This document shows positions 1-12,974 of a DNA stretch of 64,000 nt, one piece after another (the stretch's first letter is position 1; every line of letters begins with the position of its first letter). The notes under the pieces were generated by a model. That model saw only the letters and a list, made by a program, of their open reading frames with translations, ran no database searches and had not been told where the DNA came from. The translations under genes and the position numbers were made by a program. The stretch covers positions 3,906,001 to 3,970,000 of the forward strand of contig CM022677.1 of NCBI GenBank assembly GCA_012295275.1, given 5' to 3'. The stretch is from Chrysomallon squamiferum. Lineage: Eukaryota; Animalia; Mollusca.

Positions 1-573
1 ATTTTCAGTCACTGCCCGACAATTCTGCAGTTGCCTCATCTATTGACGAATAACCTACCCATTTACAATTGACCAGGTTGACTTTGAACATTAAATATTA
101 TTAAATTCTGTCTTAATTGAAAATAACGACGATTACGATTTAATTTATGAAATGATCAGACACGTTGTTGTTGTTGTTGCAGCAGTTAGTCAGAAAACAT
201 CTTTACGAATGGAAGATTGAACCCACTCCACAGACGGCAGTGTATGTGTAATTGTGTGCGTCGGTACCGGGGACTCAGTCTTCCAAGCGTATTTTTCACC
301 GCAGCAAAACTAACTCATTTATTAAACGTTTTGGACAAAAAAACAACAACTTTTTGGCAGAACCAAGTTCAAACTAATTCCGTATAGAATGATTTTTGGA
401 ATCAAGCACACAAACGTGGCGGCAACTTTGCATCGAATTTAGAGATTATTTTTCTCTGGTAATTTCGACGAGTACACGAAACGAGAATTATTAGAGGGAG
501 ATAAGCCGAGTAAGGAAATGAAGGCGGTGACAGTGGACGGATGAAACCCGATGTCTTTTTTCCTTTTCTCTCG

Positions 574-621
<48 letters not shown>

Positions 622-856
622 CTTTATTTATTCTTATTTTACTTTTTTCTTTTTTTATTTATTTATTTTTTTGCAGTGACCGTGTGTTGTGTTGTTTTGT
701 ATGTTTGATTGTGTGTGTACGTATGTTGTTTCAGCTCGCGCCTGTGTGTGTGTGCGTGTGCGTGTGAGCGCGTGCCGGTTTGAAAAAGGTATCTTCCAAC
801 GTAAAATTGAATTGCGAGATCACGACGGCGCGATAATTAATGTATTTTCATTTCGA

Positions 857-935
<79 letters not shown>

Positions 936-1204
936 GCCATCGTAATCGTTGTAGTTATTCAGCGCACGCAATAAGAAGAACGAAGATAAATAGACGTCGG
1001 TTCGTCTTTTTTTTTCTTTTTCTTTTCTTTCTTTCTTTTAAATTTTCAGTCACTGCCCGACAATTCTGCAGTTGCCTCATCTATTGACGAATAACCTACC
1101 CATTTACAATTGACCAGGTTGACTTTGAACATTAAATATTATTAAATTCTGTCTTAATTGAAAATAACGACGATTACGATTTAATTTATGAAAAAATGAT
1201 CACG

Positions 1205-1236
<32 letters not shown>

Positions 1237-1633
1237 GCAGCAGTTAGTCAGAAAACATCTTTACGAATGGAAGATTGAACCCACTCCACAGACGGCAGTG
1301 TATGTGTAATTGTGTGCGTCGGTACCGGGGACTCAGTCTTCCAAGCGTGGTTTTCACCGCAGCAAAACTAACTCATTTATTAAACGTTTTGGACAAAAAA
1401 ACAACAACTTTTTGGCAGAACCAAGTTCAAACTAATTCCGTATAGAATGATTTTTGGAATCAAGCACACAAACGTGGCGGCAACTTTGCATCGAATTTAG
1501 AGATTATTTTTCTCTGGTAATTTCGACGACTACACGAAACGAGAATTATTAGAGGGAGATAAGCCGAGTAAGGAAATGAAGGCGGTGACAGTGGACGGAT
1601 GAAACCCGATGTCTTTTTTCCTTTTCTCTCGTC

Positions 1634-1665
<32 letters not shown>

Positions 1666-1670
1666 TTATT

Positions 1671-1709
<39 letters not shown>

Positions 1710-1907
1710 CTTTTTGTTTATTTATTTTTTTGCAGTGACTGTGTTGTGTATGTTTGATTGTGTGTGTACGTATGTTGTTTCAGCTCGCGCCTGTGTGTGT
1801 GTGTGCGTGTGCGTGTGAGCGCGTGCCGGTTTGAAAAAGGTATCTTCCAACGTAAAATTGAATTGCGAGATCACGACGGCGCGATAATTAATGTATTTTC
1901 ATTTCGA

Positions 1908-1995
<88 letters not shown>

Positions 1996-2673
1996 GCCAT
2001 CGTTATCGTTGTCGTTATTCAGCGCACGCAATAAGAAGAACGAAGATAAATAGACGTCGGTTCGTCTTTTTTTTTCTTTTTCTTTTCTTTCTTTCTTTTA
2101 AATTTTCAGGCTCTGCCCGACAATTCTGCAGTTGCCTCATCTATTGACGAATAACCTACCCATTTACAATTGACCAGGTTGACTTTGAACATTAAATATT
2201 ATTAAATTCTGTCTTAATTGAAAATAACGACGATTACGATTTAATTTATGAAATGATCAGACACGTTGTTGTTGTTGTTGCAGCAGTTAGTCAGAAAACA
2301 TCTTTACGAATGGAAGATTGAACCCACTCCACAGACGGCAGTGTATGTTTGATTGTGTGCGTCGGTACCGGGGACTCAGTCTTCCATGCGTTTTTTCACC
2401 GCAGCAAAACTAACTCATTTATTAAACGTTTTGGACAAAAAAACAACAACTTTTTGGCAGAACCAAGTTCAAACTAATTCCGTATAGAATGATTTTTGGA
2501 ATCAAGCACACAAACGTGGCGGCAACTTTGCATCGAATTTAGAGATTATTTTTCTCTGGTAATTTCGACGAGTACACGAAACGAGAATTATTAGAGGGAG
2601 ATAAGCCGAGTAAGGAAATGAAGGCGGTGACAGTGGACGGATGAAACCCGATGTCTTTTTTCCTTTTCTCTCG

Positions 2674-2719
<46 letters not shown>

Positions 2720-2720
2720 T

Positions 2721-2778
<58 letters not shown>

Positions 2779-2948
2779 TGTGTTTGTTGTGTATGTTTGA
2801 TTGTGTGTGTACGTATGTTGTTTCAGCTCGCGCCTGTGTGTGTGTGCGTGTGCGTGTGAGCGCGTGCCGGTTTGAAAAAGGTATCTTCCAACGTAAAATT
2901 GAATTGCGAGATCACGACGGCGCGATAATTAATGTATTTTCATTTCGA

Positions 2949-3021
<73 letters not shown>

Positions 3022-3706
3022 GCCATCGTTATCGTTGTCGTTATTCAGCGCACGCAATAAGAAGAACGAAGATAAATAGACGTCGGTTTTTTTTTTTTTT
3101 TTTTTTTCTTTTTCTTTTTTTTTTAAATTTTCAGTCACTGCCCGACAATTCTGCAGTTGCCTCATCTATTGACGAATAACCTACCCATTTACAATTGACC
3201 AGGTTGACTTTGAACATTAAATATTATTAAATTCTGTCTTAATTGAAAATAACGACGATTACGATTTAATTTATGAAATGATCAGACACGTTGTTGTTGT
3301 TGTTGTTGCAGCAGTTAGTCAGAAAACATCTTTACGAATGGAAGATTGAACCCACTCCACAGACGACGACAGTGATTGTTGTGCGTGGTCGGTCGGGGGA
3401 CTCAGTCTTCCATGCGTTTTTTTTTTTTCACGCAGCAAAACTAACTCATTTATTAAACGTTTTGGACAAAAAAACACAACAACTTTTTGGCAGAACCAAG
3501 TTCAAACTAAATCCGTATAGAATGATTTTTGGAATCAAGCACACAAACGTGGCGGCAACTTTGCATCGAATTTAGAGATTATTTTTCTCTGGTAATTTCG
3601 ACGAGTACACGAAACGAGAATTATTAGAGGGAGATAAGCCGAGTAAGGAAATGAAGGCGGTGACAGTGGACGGATGAAACCCGATGTCTTTTTTCCTTTT
3701 CTCTCG

Positions 3707-3757
<51 letters not shown>

Positions 3758-3759
3758 TT

Positions 3760-3794
<35 letters not shown>

Positions 3795-3983
3795 TTTTTT
3801 TTTTTTTTTGCAGTGACCGTGTTGTGTATGTTTGATTGTGTGTGTACGTATGTTGTTTCAGCTCGCGTGTGTGTGTGTGTGCGTGTGCGTGTGAGCGCGT
3901 GCCGGTTTGAAAAAGGTATCTTCCAACGTAAAATTGAATTGCGAGATCACGACGGCGCGATAATTAATGTATTTTCATTTCGA

Positions 3984-4056
<73 letters not shown>

Positions 4057-4739
4057 TTATCGTTATTGTTATCGTTAGTCGTTGTCGTTATTAAACAATA
4101 AGAAAATAAAAGATAAATAGTTCGTTCGTCTTTTTTTTTTTTTTTTTTTTCTTTCTTTCTTTCTTTTAAATTTTCAGTCACTGCCCGACAATTCTGCAGT
4201 TGCCTCATCTATTGACGAATAACCTACCCATTTACAATTGACCAGGTTGACTTTGAACATTAAATATTATTAAATTCTGTCTTAATTGAAAATAACGACG
4301 ATTACGATTTAATTTATGAAATGATCAGACACGTTGTTGTTGTTGTTGTTGCAGCAGTTAGTCAGAAAACATCTTTACGAATGGAAGATTGAACCCACTC
4401 CACAGACGGCAGTGTATGTTTGATTGTGTGCGTCGGTACCGGGGACTCAGTCTTCCATGCCTATTTTTCACTGCAGCAAAACTAACTCATTTATTAAACG
4501 TTTTGGACAAAAAAAACACAACAACTTTTTGGCAGAACCAAGTTCAAACTAAATCCGTATAGAATGATTTTTGGAATCAAGCACACAAACGTGGCGGCAA
4601 CTTTGCATCGAATTTAGAGATTATTTTTCTCTGGTAATTTCGACGAGTACACGAAACGAGAATTATTAGAGGGAGATAAGCCGAGTAAGGAAATGAAGGC
4701 GGTGACAGTGGACGGATGAAACCCGATTTTTTCCTTCTC

Positions 4740-4787
<48 letters not shown>

Positions 4788-4794
4788 TTTATTT

Positions 4795-4830
<36 letters not shown>

Positions 4831-5011
4831 TTTTTTTTTGCAGTGACCGTGTTGTGTATGTTTGATTGTGTGTGTTTATGTTGTTTCAGCTCGCGCCTGT
4901 GTGTGTGTGCGTGTGCGTGTGAGCGCGTGCCGGTTTGAAAAAGGTATCTTCCAACGTAAAATTGAATTGCGAGATCACGACGGCGCGATAATTAATGTAT
5001 TTTCATTTCGA

Positions 5012-5093
<82 letters not shown>

Positions 5094-5766
5094 GCCATCG
5101 TTATCGTTGTCGTTATTCAGCGCACGCAATAAGAAGAACGAAGATAAATAGACGTCGGTTCGTCTTTTTTTTTCTTTTTCTTTTCTTTCTTTCTTTTAAA
5201 TTTTCAGGCTCTGCCCGACAATTCTGCAGTTGCCTCATCTATTGACGAATAACCTACCCATTTACAATTGACCAGGTTGACTTTGAACATTAAATATTAT
5301 TAAATTCTGTCTTAATTGAAAATAACGACGATTACGATTTAATTTATGAAATGATCAGACACGTTGTTGTTGTTGTTGCAGCAGTTAGTCAGAAAACATC
5401 TTTACGAATGGAAGATTGAACCCACTCCACAGACGGCAGTGTATGTGTAATTGTGTGCGTCGGTACCGGGGACTCAGTCTTCCAAGCGTGGTTTTCACCG
5501 CAGCAAAACTAACTCATTTATTAAACGTTTTGGACAAAAAAAAAACAACTTTTTGGCAGAACCAAGTTCAAACTAATTCCGTATAGAATGATTTTTGGAA
5601 TCAAGCACACAAACGTGGCGGCAACTTTGCATCGAATTTAGAGATTATTTTTCTCTGGTAATTTCGACGAGTACACGAAACGAGAATTATTAGAGGGAGA
5701 TAAGCCGAGTAAGGAAATGAAGGCGGTGACAGTGGACGGATGGACGGATCTTTTTTTTTTGTTTTT

Positions 5767-5811
<45 letters not shown>

Positions 5812-6042
5812 ATTATTTTTTTTATTTATTCTTATTTTTTTTTTTTTTTTTTGTTTATTTATTTTTTTGCAGTGACCGTGTTGTGTATGTTTGATTGTGT
5901 GTGTACGTATGTTGTTTCAGCTCGCGCCTGTGTGTGTGTGCGTGTGCGTGTGAGCGCGTGCCGGTTTGAAAAAGGTATCTTCCAACGTAAAATTGAATTG
6001 CGAGATCACGACGGCGCGATAATTAATGTATTTTCATTTCGA

Positions 6043-6121
<79 letters not shown>

Positions 6122-6806
6122 GCCATCGTTATCGTTGTAGTTATTCAGCGCACGCAATAAGAAGAACGAAGATAAATAGACGTCGGTTCGTCTTTTTTTT
6201 TCTTTTTCTTTTCTTTCTTTCTTTTAAATTTTCAGGCTCTGCCCGACAATTCTGCAGTTGCCTCATCTATTGACGAATAACCTACCCATTTACAATTGAC
6301 CAGGTTGACTTTGAACATTAAATATTATTAAATTCTGTCTTAATTGAAAATAAGGACGATTACGATTTAATTTATGAAATGATCAGACACGTTCACGTTG
6401 TTGTTGTTGTTGCAGCAGTTAGTCAGAAAACATCTTTACGAATGGAAGATTGAACCCACTCCACAGACGGCAGTGTATGTGTAATTGTGTGCGTCGGTAC
6501 CGGGGACTCAGTCTTCCAAGCGTATTTTTCACCGCAGCAAAACTAACTCATTTATTAAACGTTTTGGACAAAAAAACAACAACTTTTTGGCAGAACCAAG
6601 TTCAAACTAATTCCGTATAGAATGATTTTTGGAATCAAGCACACAAACGTGGCGGCAACTTTGCATCGAATTTAGAGATTATTTTTCTCTGGTAATTTCG
6701 ACGAGTACACGAAACGAGAATTATTAGAGGGAGATAAGCCGAGTAAGGAAATGAAGGCGGTGACAGTGGACGGATGAAACCCGATGTCTTTTTTCCTTTT
6801 CTCTCG

Positions 6807-6849
<43 letters not shown>

Positions 6850-6855
6850 TTTATT

Positions 6856-6902
<47 letters not shown>

Positions 6903-7090
6903 TTATTTATTTTTTTGCAGTGACCGTGTTGTGTATGTTTGATTGTGTGTGTACGTATGTTGTTTCAGCTCGCGCCTGTGTGTGTGTGCGTGTGCGTGTG
7001 AGCGCGTGCCGGTTTGAAAAAGGTATCTTCCAACGTAAAATTGAATTGCGAGATCACGACGGCGCGATAATTAATGTATTTTCATTTCGA

Positions 7091-7175
<85 letters not shown>

Positions 7176-7553
7176 GCCATCGTTATCGTTGTCGTTATTC
7201 AGCGCACGCAATAAGAAGAACGAAGATAAATAGACGTCGGTTCGTCTTTTTTTTTCTTTTTCTTTTCTTTCTTTCTTTTAAATTTTCAGTCACTGCCCGA
7301 CAATTCTGCAGTTGCCTCATCTATTGACGAATAACCTACCCATTTACAATTGACCAGGTTGACTTTGAACATTAAATATTATTAAATTCTGTCTTAATTG
7401 AAAATAACGACGATTACGATTTAATTTATGAAATGATCAGACACGTTGTTGTTGTTGTTGCAGCAGTTAGTCAGAAAACATCTTTACGAATGGAAGATTG
7501 AACCCACTCCACAGACGGCAGTGTATGTTTGATTGTGTGCGTCGGTACCGGGG
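1..7553. repeat. Macrosatellite, ~1.03-1.08-kb unit, ~7.3 copies visible (continues off the left edge)
   Basis: ATTTTCAG(TCACT/GCTCT)GCCCGACAATTCTGCAG recurs near 1, 1022, 2102, 3127, 4170, 5200, 6228 and 7282. Each unit has CpG-containing cores separated by (GTT)n, (TA)n+poly-T, (TG)n and (TAT)n tracts. The array ends abruptly after GGTACCGGGGA at ~7553. Confidence 0.97.
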
Positions 7554-8130
7554 ATACTTATCTGTTTTTCTGTCTCTGTCTTTATGTATCATTTCTCGTT
7601 TGTTCCTAATTATCATGTTGTTTGTTTTCTTTCTTTTTTCTTTTCTTTATATTTTTTAAAAATTATTTTTAGTAGACAAGTTGGTTAGTTTATTTATTTT
7701 TATTTATTTGTTCTGCCTATCTTCTGTCTATCTATTTGATATATGTATGTATCTATCTATCATTTATTTATTTGCTTATTAATTTTAATTTATTTAAAGT
7801 CAGTGTAATATGAGTGATGTTTGTCAAAAGATTTGTGTACTGCAGTCACAGAAAATTCTTCTCTCACTGAACTTAACATCAGCAGCAATCAGGTGGGTGT
7901 GTCAGTAACTAGTCAGTCAGACCTCAGCCTGATTAACCAATCAGACTACAGATAGAGATTAACCAATGAAATCACAGAATGATTAACCAACCAATCTTCA
8001 GAGAGAGATCAGTCAATCAGAATTAATTAGCTCAATATTATTTCTGTACACACTATGCTTATTTTAATCAGTGACATTAAATTATTTTCTGCTTAGGTAG
8101 ATTCTACACATTGTGAATTACTATTATTTA

Positions 8131-8190
<60 letters not shown>

Positions 8191-8196
8191 TAATAT

Positions 8197-8263
<67 letters not shown>

Positions 8264-8879
8264 GTTTTTATTTGTTTTTATTACAAGCTTGGATCACTAA
8301 ATTGTGTACTCAGTTTTTGTCTGCTGTTTTCAATCATCCAAAGATGACAGCTTTTTATCTGAATGATGGAAAACATAACAACCAAATACTTACTGTTGAT
8401 GGTTAATTTAGATTTGTAAAAAATATATATATATATATATTAGTCTCTCTCTCTCTCTGTATATCTATATCTATCTTACACACACACACATACACACACA
8501 TGTATTTCATTCTGTAACTATCTACGTTTGACAAATTTGTCATTATTATATTTTTTTCTACTTTTTTTTTCTTTTTCTCCTCAGAGTTAATAGGTTTGTT
8601 AATACTGTTTTTCACTTATTTCAGATATTCCAGATTCCAAATCAGTCACAAGTTCTCTACAGGAATTAAGACTGAACGCCAGTTTTTTAACCAACCAGCT
8701 GTTTGAGTTTCCAAGGAAAACTCCTCTCTTTGAAAGATGTGGTAATTTTTGTTTAAATTTTATAAATTTTTCTAATATTTGAAAAATTATTATGTATATA
8801 ATCCTTATTTTTCTGTATCTGACATAGACAATTTCGTTAAACCATATGCTTAGAATATTAAACTCTGTATGCATGTGTG

Positions 8880-9325
8880 TGTGTATGAATCAGCAGTAGT
8901 GATAATTGCTACTCTGATACTAGTAGGTGTGTGTGTGTTTCTGTATGTGTCTGTGTATGTTAGCAACACTGATAATTGCTAATCTGATAATAGTATGCAT
9001 GTGTGTGTGTGTATTTGAGTGTATCAGCAATAGTGATAATTGATACTCAGATAATACCATGTACGTGCATTTGAGAGTGTATCAGCAATAATGATAACTG
9101 CTCTTCTGATAATAGTATGTGTGTGTTCTTGTGTGAGTGTATCAGCAATAGTGATAATTGATACTCTCATAATAATGTGTGTGTGAGTATATCGGCAACA
9201 GTGATAGTTGCAACTCTGGTAATAGTGTCTGTGTTTCTATCTGTGAATCAGTTACAGCGATAATTGTTACTCATATAATAGTGTGTATGTCAGCAACAGT
9301 GATAATTGCTACTCTGATAACAGTG
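8880..9325. repeat. Degenerate ~55-bp intronic tandem repeat
   Basis: Recurring GTGTATCAGCAATAGTGATAATTGCTACTCTGATAATAG with (TG)n spacers. Confidence 0.8.
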
Positions 9326-10339
9326 TGTGTGTCAGTGTGTGTGTTAAGAAATATTTGGTTATCAGTTTGTATGTTTAAATGCTTTGTACAAAATACTCAG
9401 GTCTGTTTTATTTAAATTTAAGATTGAATCTGCCCTTAGTCTTTGTTTATACCACCAAGGGACACAACTCTGAGTTAAAGAGCTTGAGTGGAAATTCATT
9501 AGGTAATAAATTATTTTTGTATTTTTCAGAAAAAATTAGTTTTTAATTCAAAATATGAAAATAGAAGCTTGCATATTGTTTGAGATTTGTTATGTTTAGT
9601 TTTATTACTGTACCTACACAGGAGGACAAATAACACATCTGAATAGCATCTTGTAAATACAATAGTTTTCAGTTCTTTATTATTTGTAACAGAGATGTAA
9701 TTAGACATCAGCAGCAACATGTAACGTGGTGGTGATAGTAACAACTATGATGTTGTAATAGTAGCAACAGCATCAGCAATAGTAGTAATAACAGCTACTA
9801 CTGTATCAAAAAATCTAGAAAGAGTAGTAGTAATAATAATAATAATAATAATAGCTAACATTGTATAGTGATAATAAAAGCTAATGTATAGCTGTAGTTA
9901 TGGTAGGTAGCAGTAGCAGCATTAGTAATAAAAACTAGTTTAGTAATAGTAGCAGTAGTAGTAATAATAATAATAGCAGCTATGTAGTTTTAATACAGGT
10001 ATAGTAGGAACAGTAGCTGTAGTTGCAATAGTCGTAGTAGTAGTTCCTGCTTCCTTACATTTTAAATTTTAAATTCAAGTTTTTAAAATATTTTTTTAAT
10101 ATCATTCAGGGAAGGAGGGAAGGTTTTACTGTTACCAGTTGTTGGGAAGTCATCACCCTTGACAACGTTGTATCTTAACAACCAGAAGAAAAACTTACAA
10201 GAAAATAAAATGGAAGAACTTTTCACAAAGTTGGTTGCTGTAATTGGTAATAAATAAATTTATTAAAAAAAGAACAATAAAAATAAAATAATAAAAAAGA
10301 AACAATATCAAATAAGTAAGTAAATAAATAAATAATAGC

Positions 10340-10413
10340 CTAAACCTTACCCCTGCCCTCATCATAACGCTAACACTAGTCCCAGCCCTAATCCTAACCC
10401 TAACTCTAACCTA
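10340..10413. repeat. Short degenerate (CCCTAA)n telomere-like tract
   Basis: ...CCCAGCCCTAATCCTAACCCTAACTCTAACCTAAG; 6-bp periodicity. Confidence 0.5.
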
Positions 10414-10828
10414 AGTTAATCCAATGGTAAAAATAAGAAAGAGAAAGGAATACAAAATAAAAGGATTTATTATTGTTAATGCTGTTGTTGTGTTGTTTTC
10501 TTTTTAATCTATTTATATAAATGTATTGATTTTAAGTTCTCGCTGTCAAGAAGTCAGGGAGAAAATTGAATCATCTTGTAGTTGTCTCCCTTCAGTTGCA
10601 GACAGCTTCCTGATTAAACTGACAGCACTTGGAGGACATCCTGGTAATCAGTTATAGTTATTTTTTTCTTTTAACACTTATATGGTTCACATTTACTGAA
10701 TATAAACCCAGTGTTGCTGGGTAATATGATGCATTGTCCAGCCATTCTCACAGATAAAGGAAACAGTCAACTTCTGACACTGAAACTAGGTAATGTCCTT
10801 GACATTACAGCTATGGTGAGTGAATACA

Positions 10829-11870
10829 TAGTATGTAGTAGTAATAACAGTTCACAGCTATCTGTCTATCTTTCTATGTATCTGTCTGTAATAATAAACA
10901 TCACATTCTGTTTATTTATATAGTATGTAGTAGTAATAACAGTTCACAGCTATCTGTCTATCTTTCTATGTATCTGTCTGTAATAATAAACATCACATTC
11001 TGTTTCTATCTGTCTATCTTTCTATGTATCTGTTTATTTATAAGTATGTGTAGTAATAACAGTTCACAGCTATCTGTCTATCTTTCTATGTATCTTCTGT
11101 TTCACATTTTATAGTATGTGTAGTAATAACAGTATCTGTCTATAACAGTTCACAGCTATCTGTCTATCTGTCTATTTCTATGTATCTATCTGTAATAATA
11201 AACATCACATTCTGTTTATTTATATAGTATGTGTAGTAGTAATAACAGTTCACAGCTATCTGTCTATCTTTCTATGTATCTATCTGTAATAATAAACATC
11301 ACATTCTGCTTATTTATATAGTATGTGTTTAACAGTTTATCTGTCTATCTTTCTATATCTCTGTAATAATAAACATCACATTCTGTTTTAGTATGTGTGT
11401 GTTAATAACAGTTCACAGCTATCTGTCTATCTTTCTATGTATCTATCTGTAAACATAGTAATAACAGTTCACAACTATCACATATCTATCTTCATTTTAT
11501 TTAGTATATGTGTGTAGTAATAACAGTTCACAGCTATCTGTCTATCTTTCTATGTATCTATCTGTAATAATAAACATCACATTCTGCTTATTTATATAGT
11601 ATGTGTAGTAATAACAGTTCACAGCTATCTGTCTATCTTTCTATGTATCTATCTGTAATAATAAACATCACATTCTGCTTATTTATTTATACAGTATGTG
11701 TAGTAATAACAGTTCACAGCTATCTGTCTATCTTTCTATGTATCTATCTGTAATAATAAACATCACATTCTGCTTATTTATACAGTATGTGTAGTAGTAA
11801 TAACAGTTCACAGCTATCTGTCTATCTTTCTATGTATCTGTCTGTAATAATAAACATCACATTCTCCTTA
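10829..11870. repeat. ~90-bp intronic minisatellite, ~12 partly degenerate copies
   Basis: Recurring TAGTAATAACAGTTCACAGCTATCTGTCTATCTTTCTATGTATCT..TAATAATAAACATCACATTCTG. Confidence 0.9.
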
Positions 11871-11928
11871 TTTATGAATATTTATATTTGGTTGTCTTTC
11901 TCACTACAAATTCTTCTATGTTCATCTC

Positions 11929-12114
11929 CATTCAACCTGTCTGGCAATGCAAGGACTGTGTATGCATTCAACCTGTCTGGCAATGCAAGGACTGTGTATG
12001 CATTCAACCTGTCTGGCAATGCAAGGGCTGTGTATACATTCAACCTGTCTGACAATGCAAGGGCTGTGTATGCATTCAACCTGTCTGGCAATGCAAGGGC
12101 TGTGTATGCATTCA
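11929..12114. repeat. 36-bp minisatellite, 5 copies
   Basis: CATTCAACCTGTCTGGCAATGCAAGG(A/G)CTGTGTATG; one + frame reads FNLSGNARTVYA. Confidence 0.95.
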
Positions 12115-12321
12115 GAAACTAGAATTTCTCTTTCAGATGGAGGCAGAGATTATGGCCGGTGAAGTCAACAACTTAGAACCGTGTCTACTTAGTGGGACAA
12201 GCTGAAATGTAGATCTGTCGATGTGTTGTTAGTTGATGTTTTACCTGACGGTGTGCACAGTCAAAAGGTAAAGTGAGATGTTTCTGTACCGCAACTCTTT
12301 CTACTACTACTATTACTACAA

Positions 12322-12650
12322 TTCAGTTTCAGTTTAGTTTGTTTATTTATTTGCCAAGATTATAAACACAAAACAGACAAGAATACAGTTATAAAACCCA
12401 AACAGTTGTGTAATATATTACAGAATACAAATATAGGAAAATAAAACTAAACACAAGAATTAGGATAATAAAAATATAAACATATAGTTGTATATATATA
12501 GTTACAAATTAAATTACATATTTATCAAGATTCCTTATAGCATTTATATTTTCTGAAGTCAAAAAATTGATTATAAATATTTCTTTAAAGATGATATTAT
12601 AAAATAAACAAGTTGATACAAAATGGAATTCATCTTCAGTGCCTACACTG
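12322..12650 (-). mobile_element. 3' end remnant of a non-LTR retrotransposon (CR1/L2-like ORF2 C-terminus and tail)
   Basis: Minus strand reads GTEDEFHFVSTCLFY, resembling the EDExHFxxxCxxY zinc-knuckle end of LINE ORF2, followed by AATAAA and an AAACT(A/G)-repeat tail. Confidence 0.65.
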
Positions 12651-12751
12651 TAACACACAAACACACACACACAGCAACAAGAACAACAAAAGCACAATGG
12701 GTCCACTAAGGAGGTTCAATCCTATGTGTCAAGTATTCCATGCAGTACTAA

Positions 12752-12800
<49 letters not shown>

Positions 12801-12974
12801 AATTAATTGAATATATTGGCATCACACATTGATAGTGTGGTGTTGGGGTTTTCGTGCCAGAGCTCGCCAGTGACCATCCAGTTGGTGCAGTTTGACTTCC
12901 ATTACAGACTGCTCACGTTTTAGAAGCACAACTCTCACCTCGTTGTTAACAAAAAAGTCATCTCATAGCTGCAG

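Noticed and set aside
345-405. Sm-site-like ATTTTTGG motifs suggesting a tandem snRNA, SL-RNA or 5S array
   Set aside because: No recognisable U1/U2/U4/U5, 5S or tRNA sequence in the unit; the motif is expected by chance in T-rich DNA.
689-7327. Repeated 127-177 aa poly-Tyr/poly-Phe ORFs
   Set aside because: They are translations of (TAT)n, poly-T and (TG)n tracts with non-ATG or inconsistent starts and frame changes between units.
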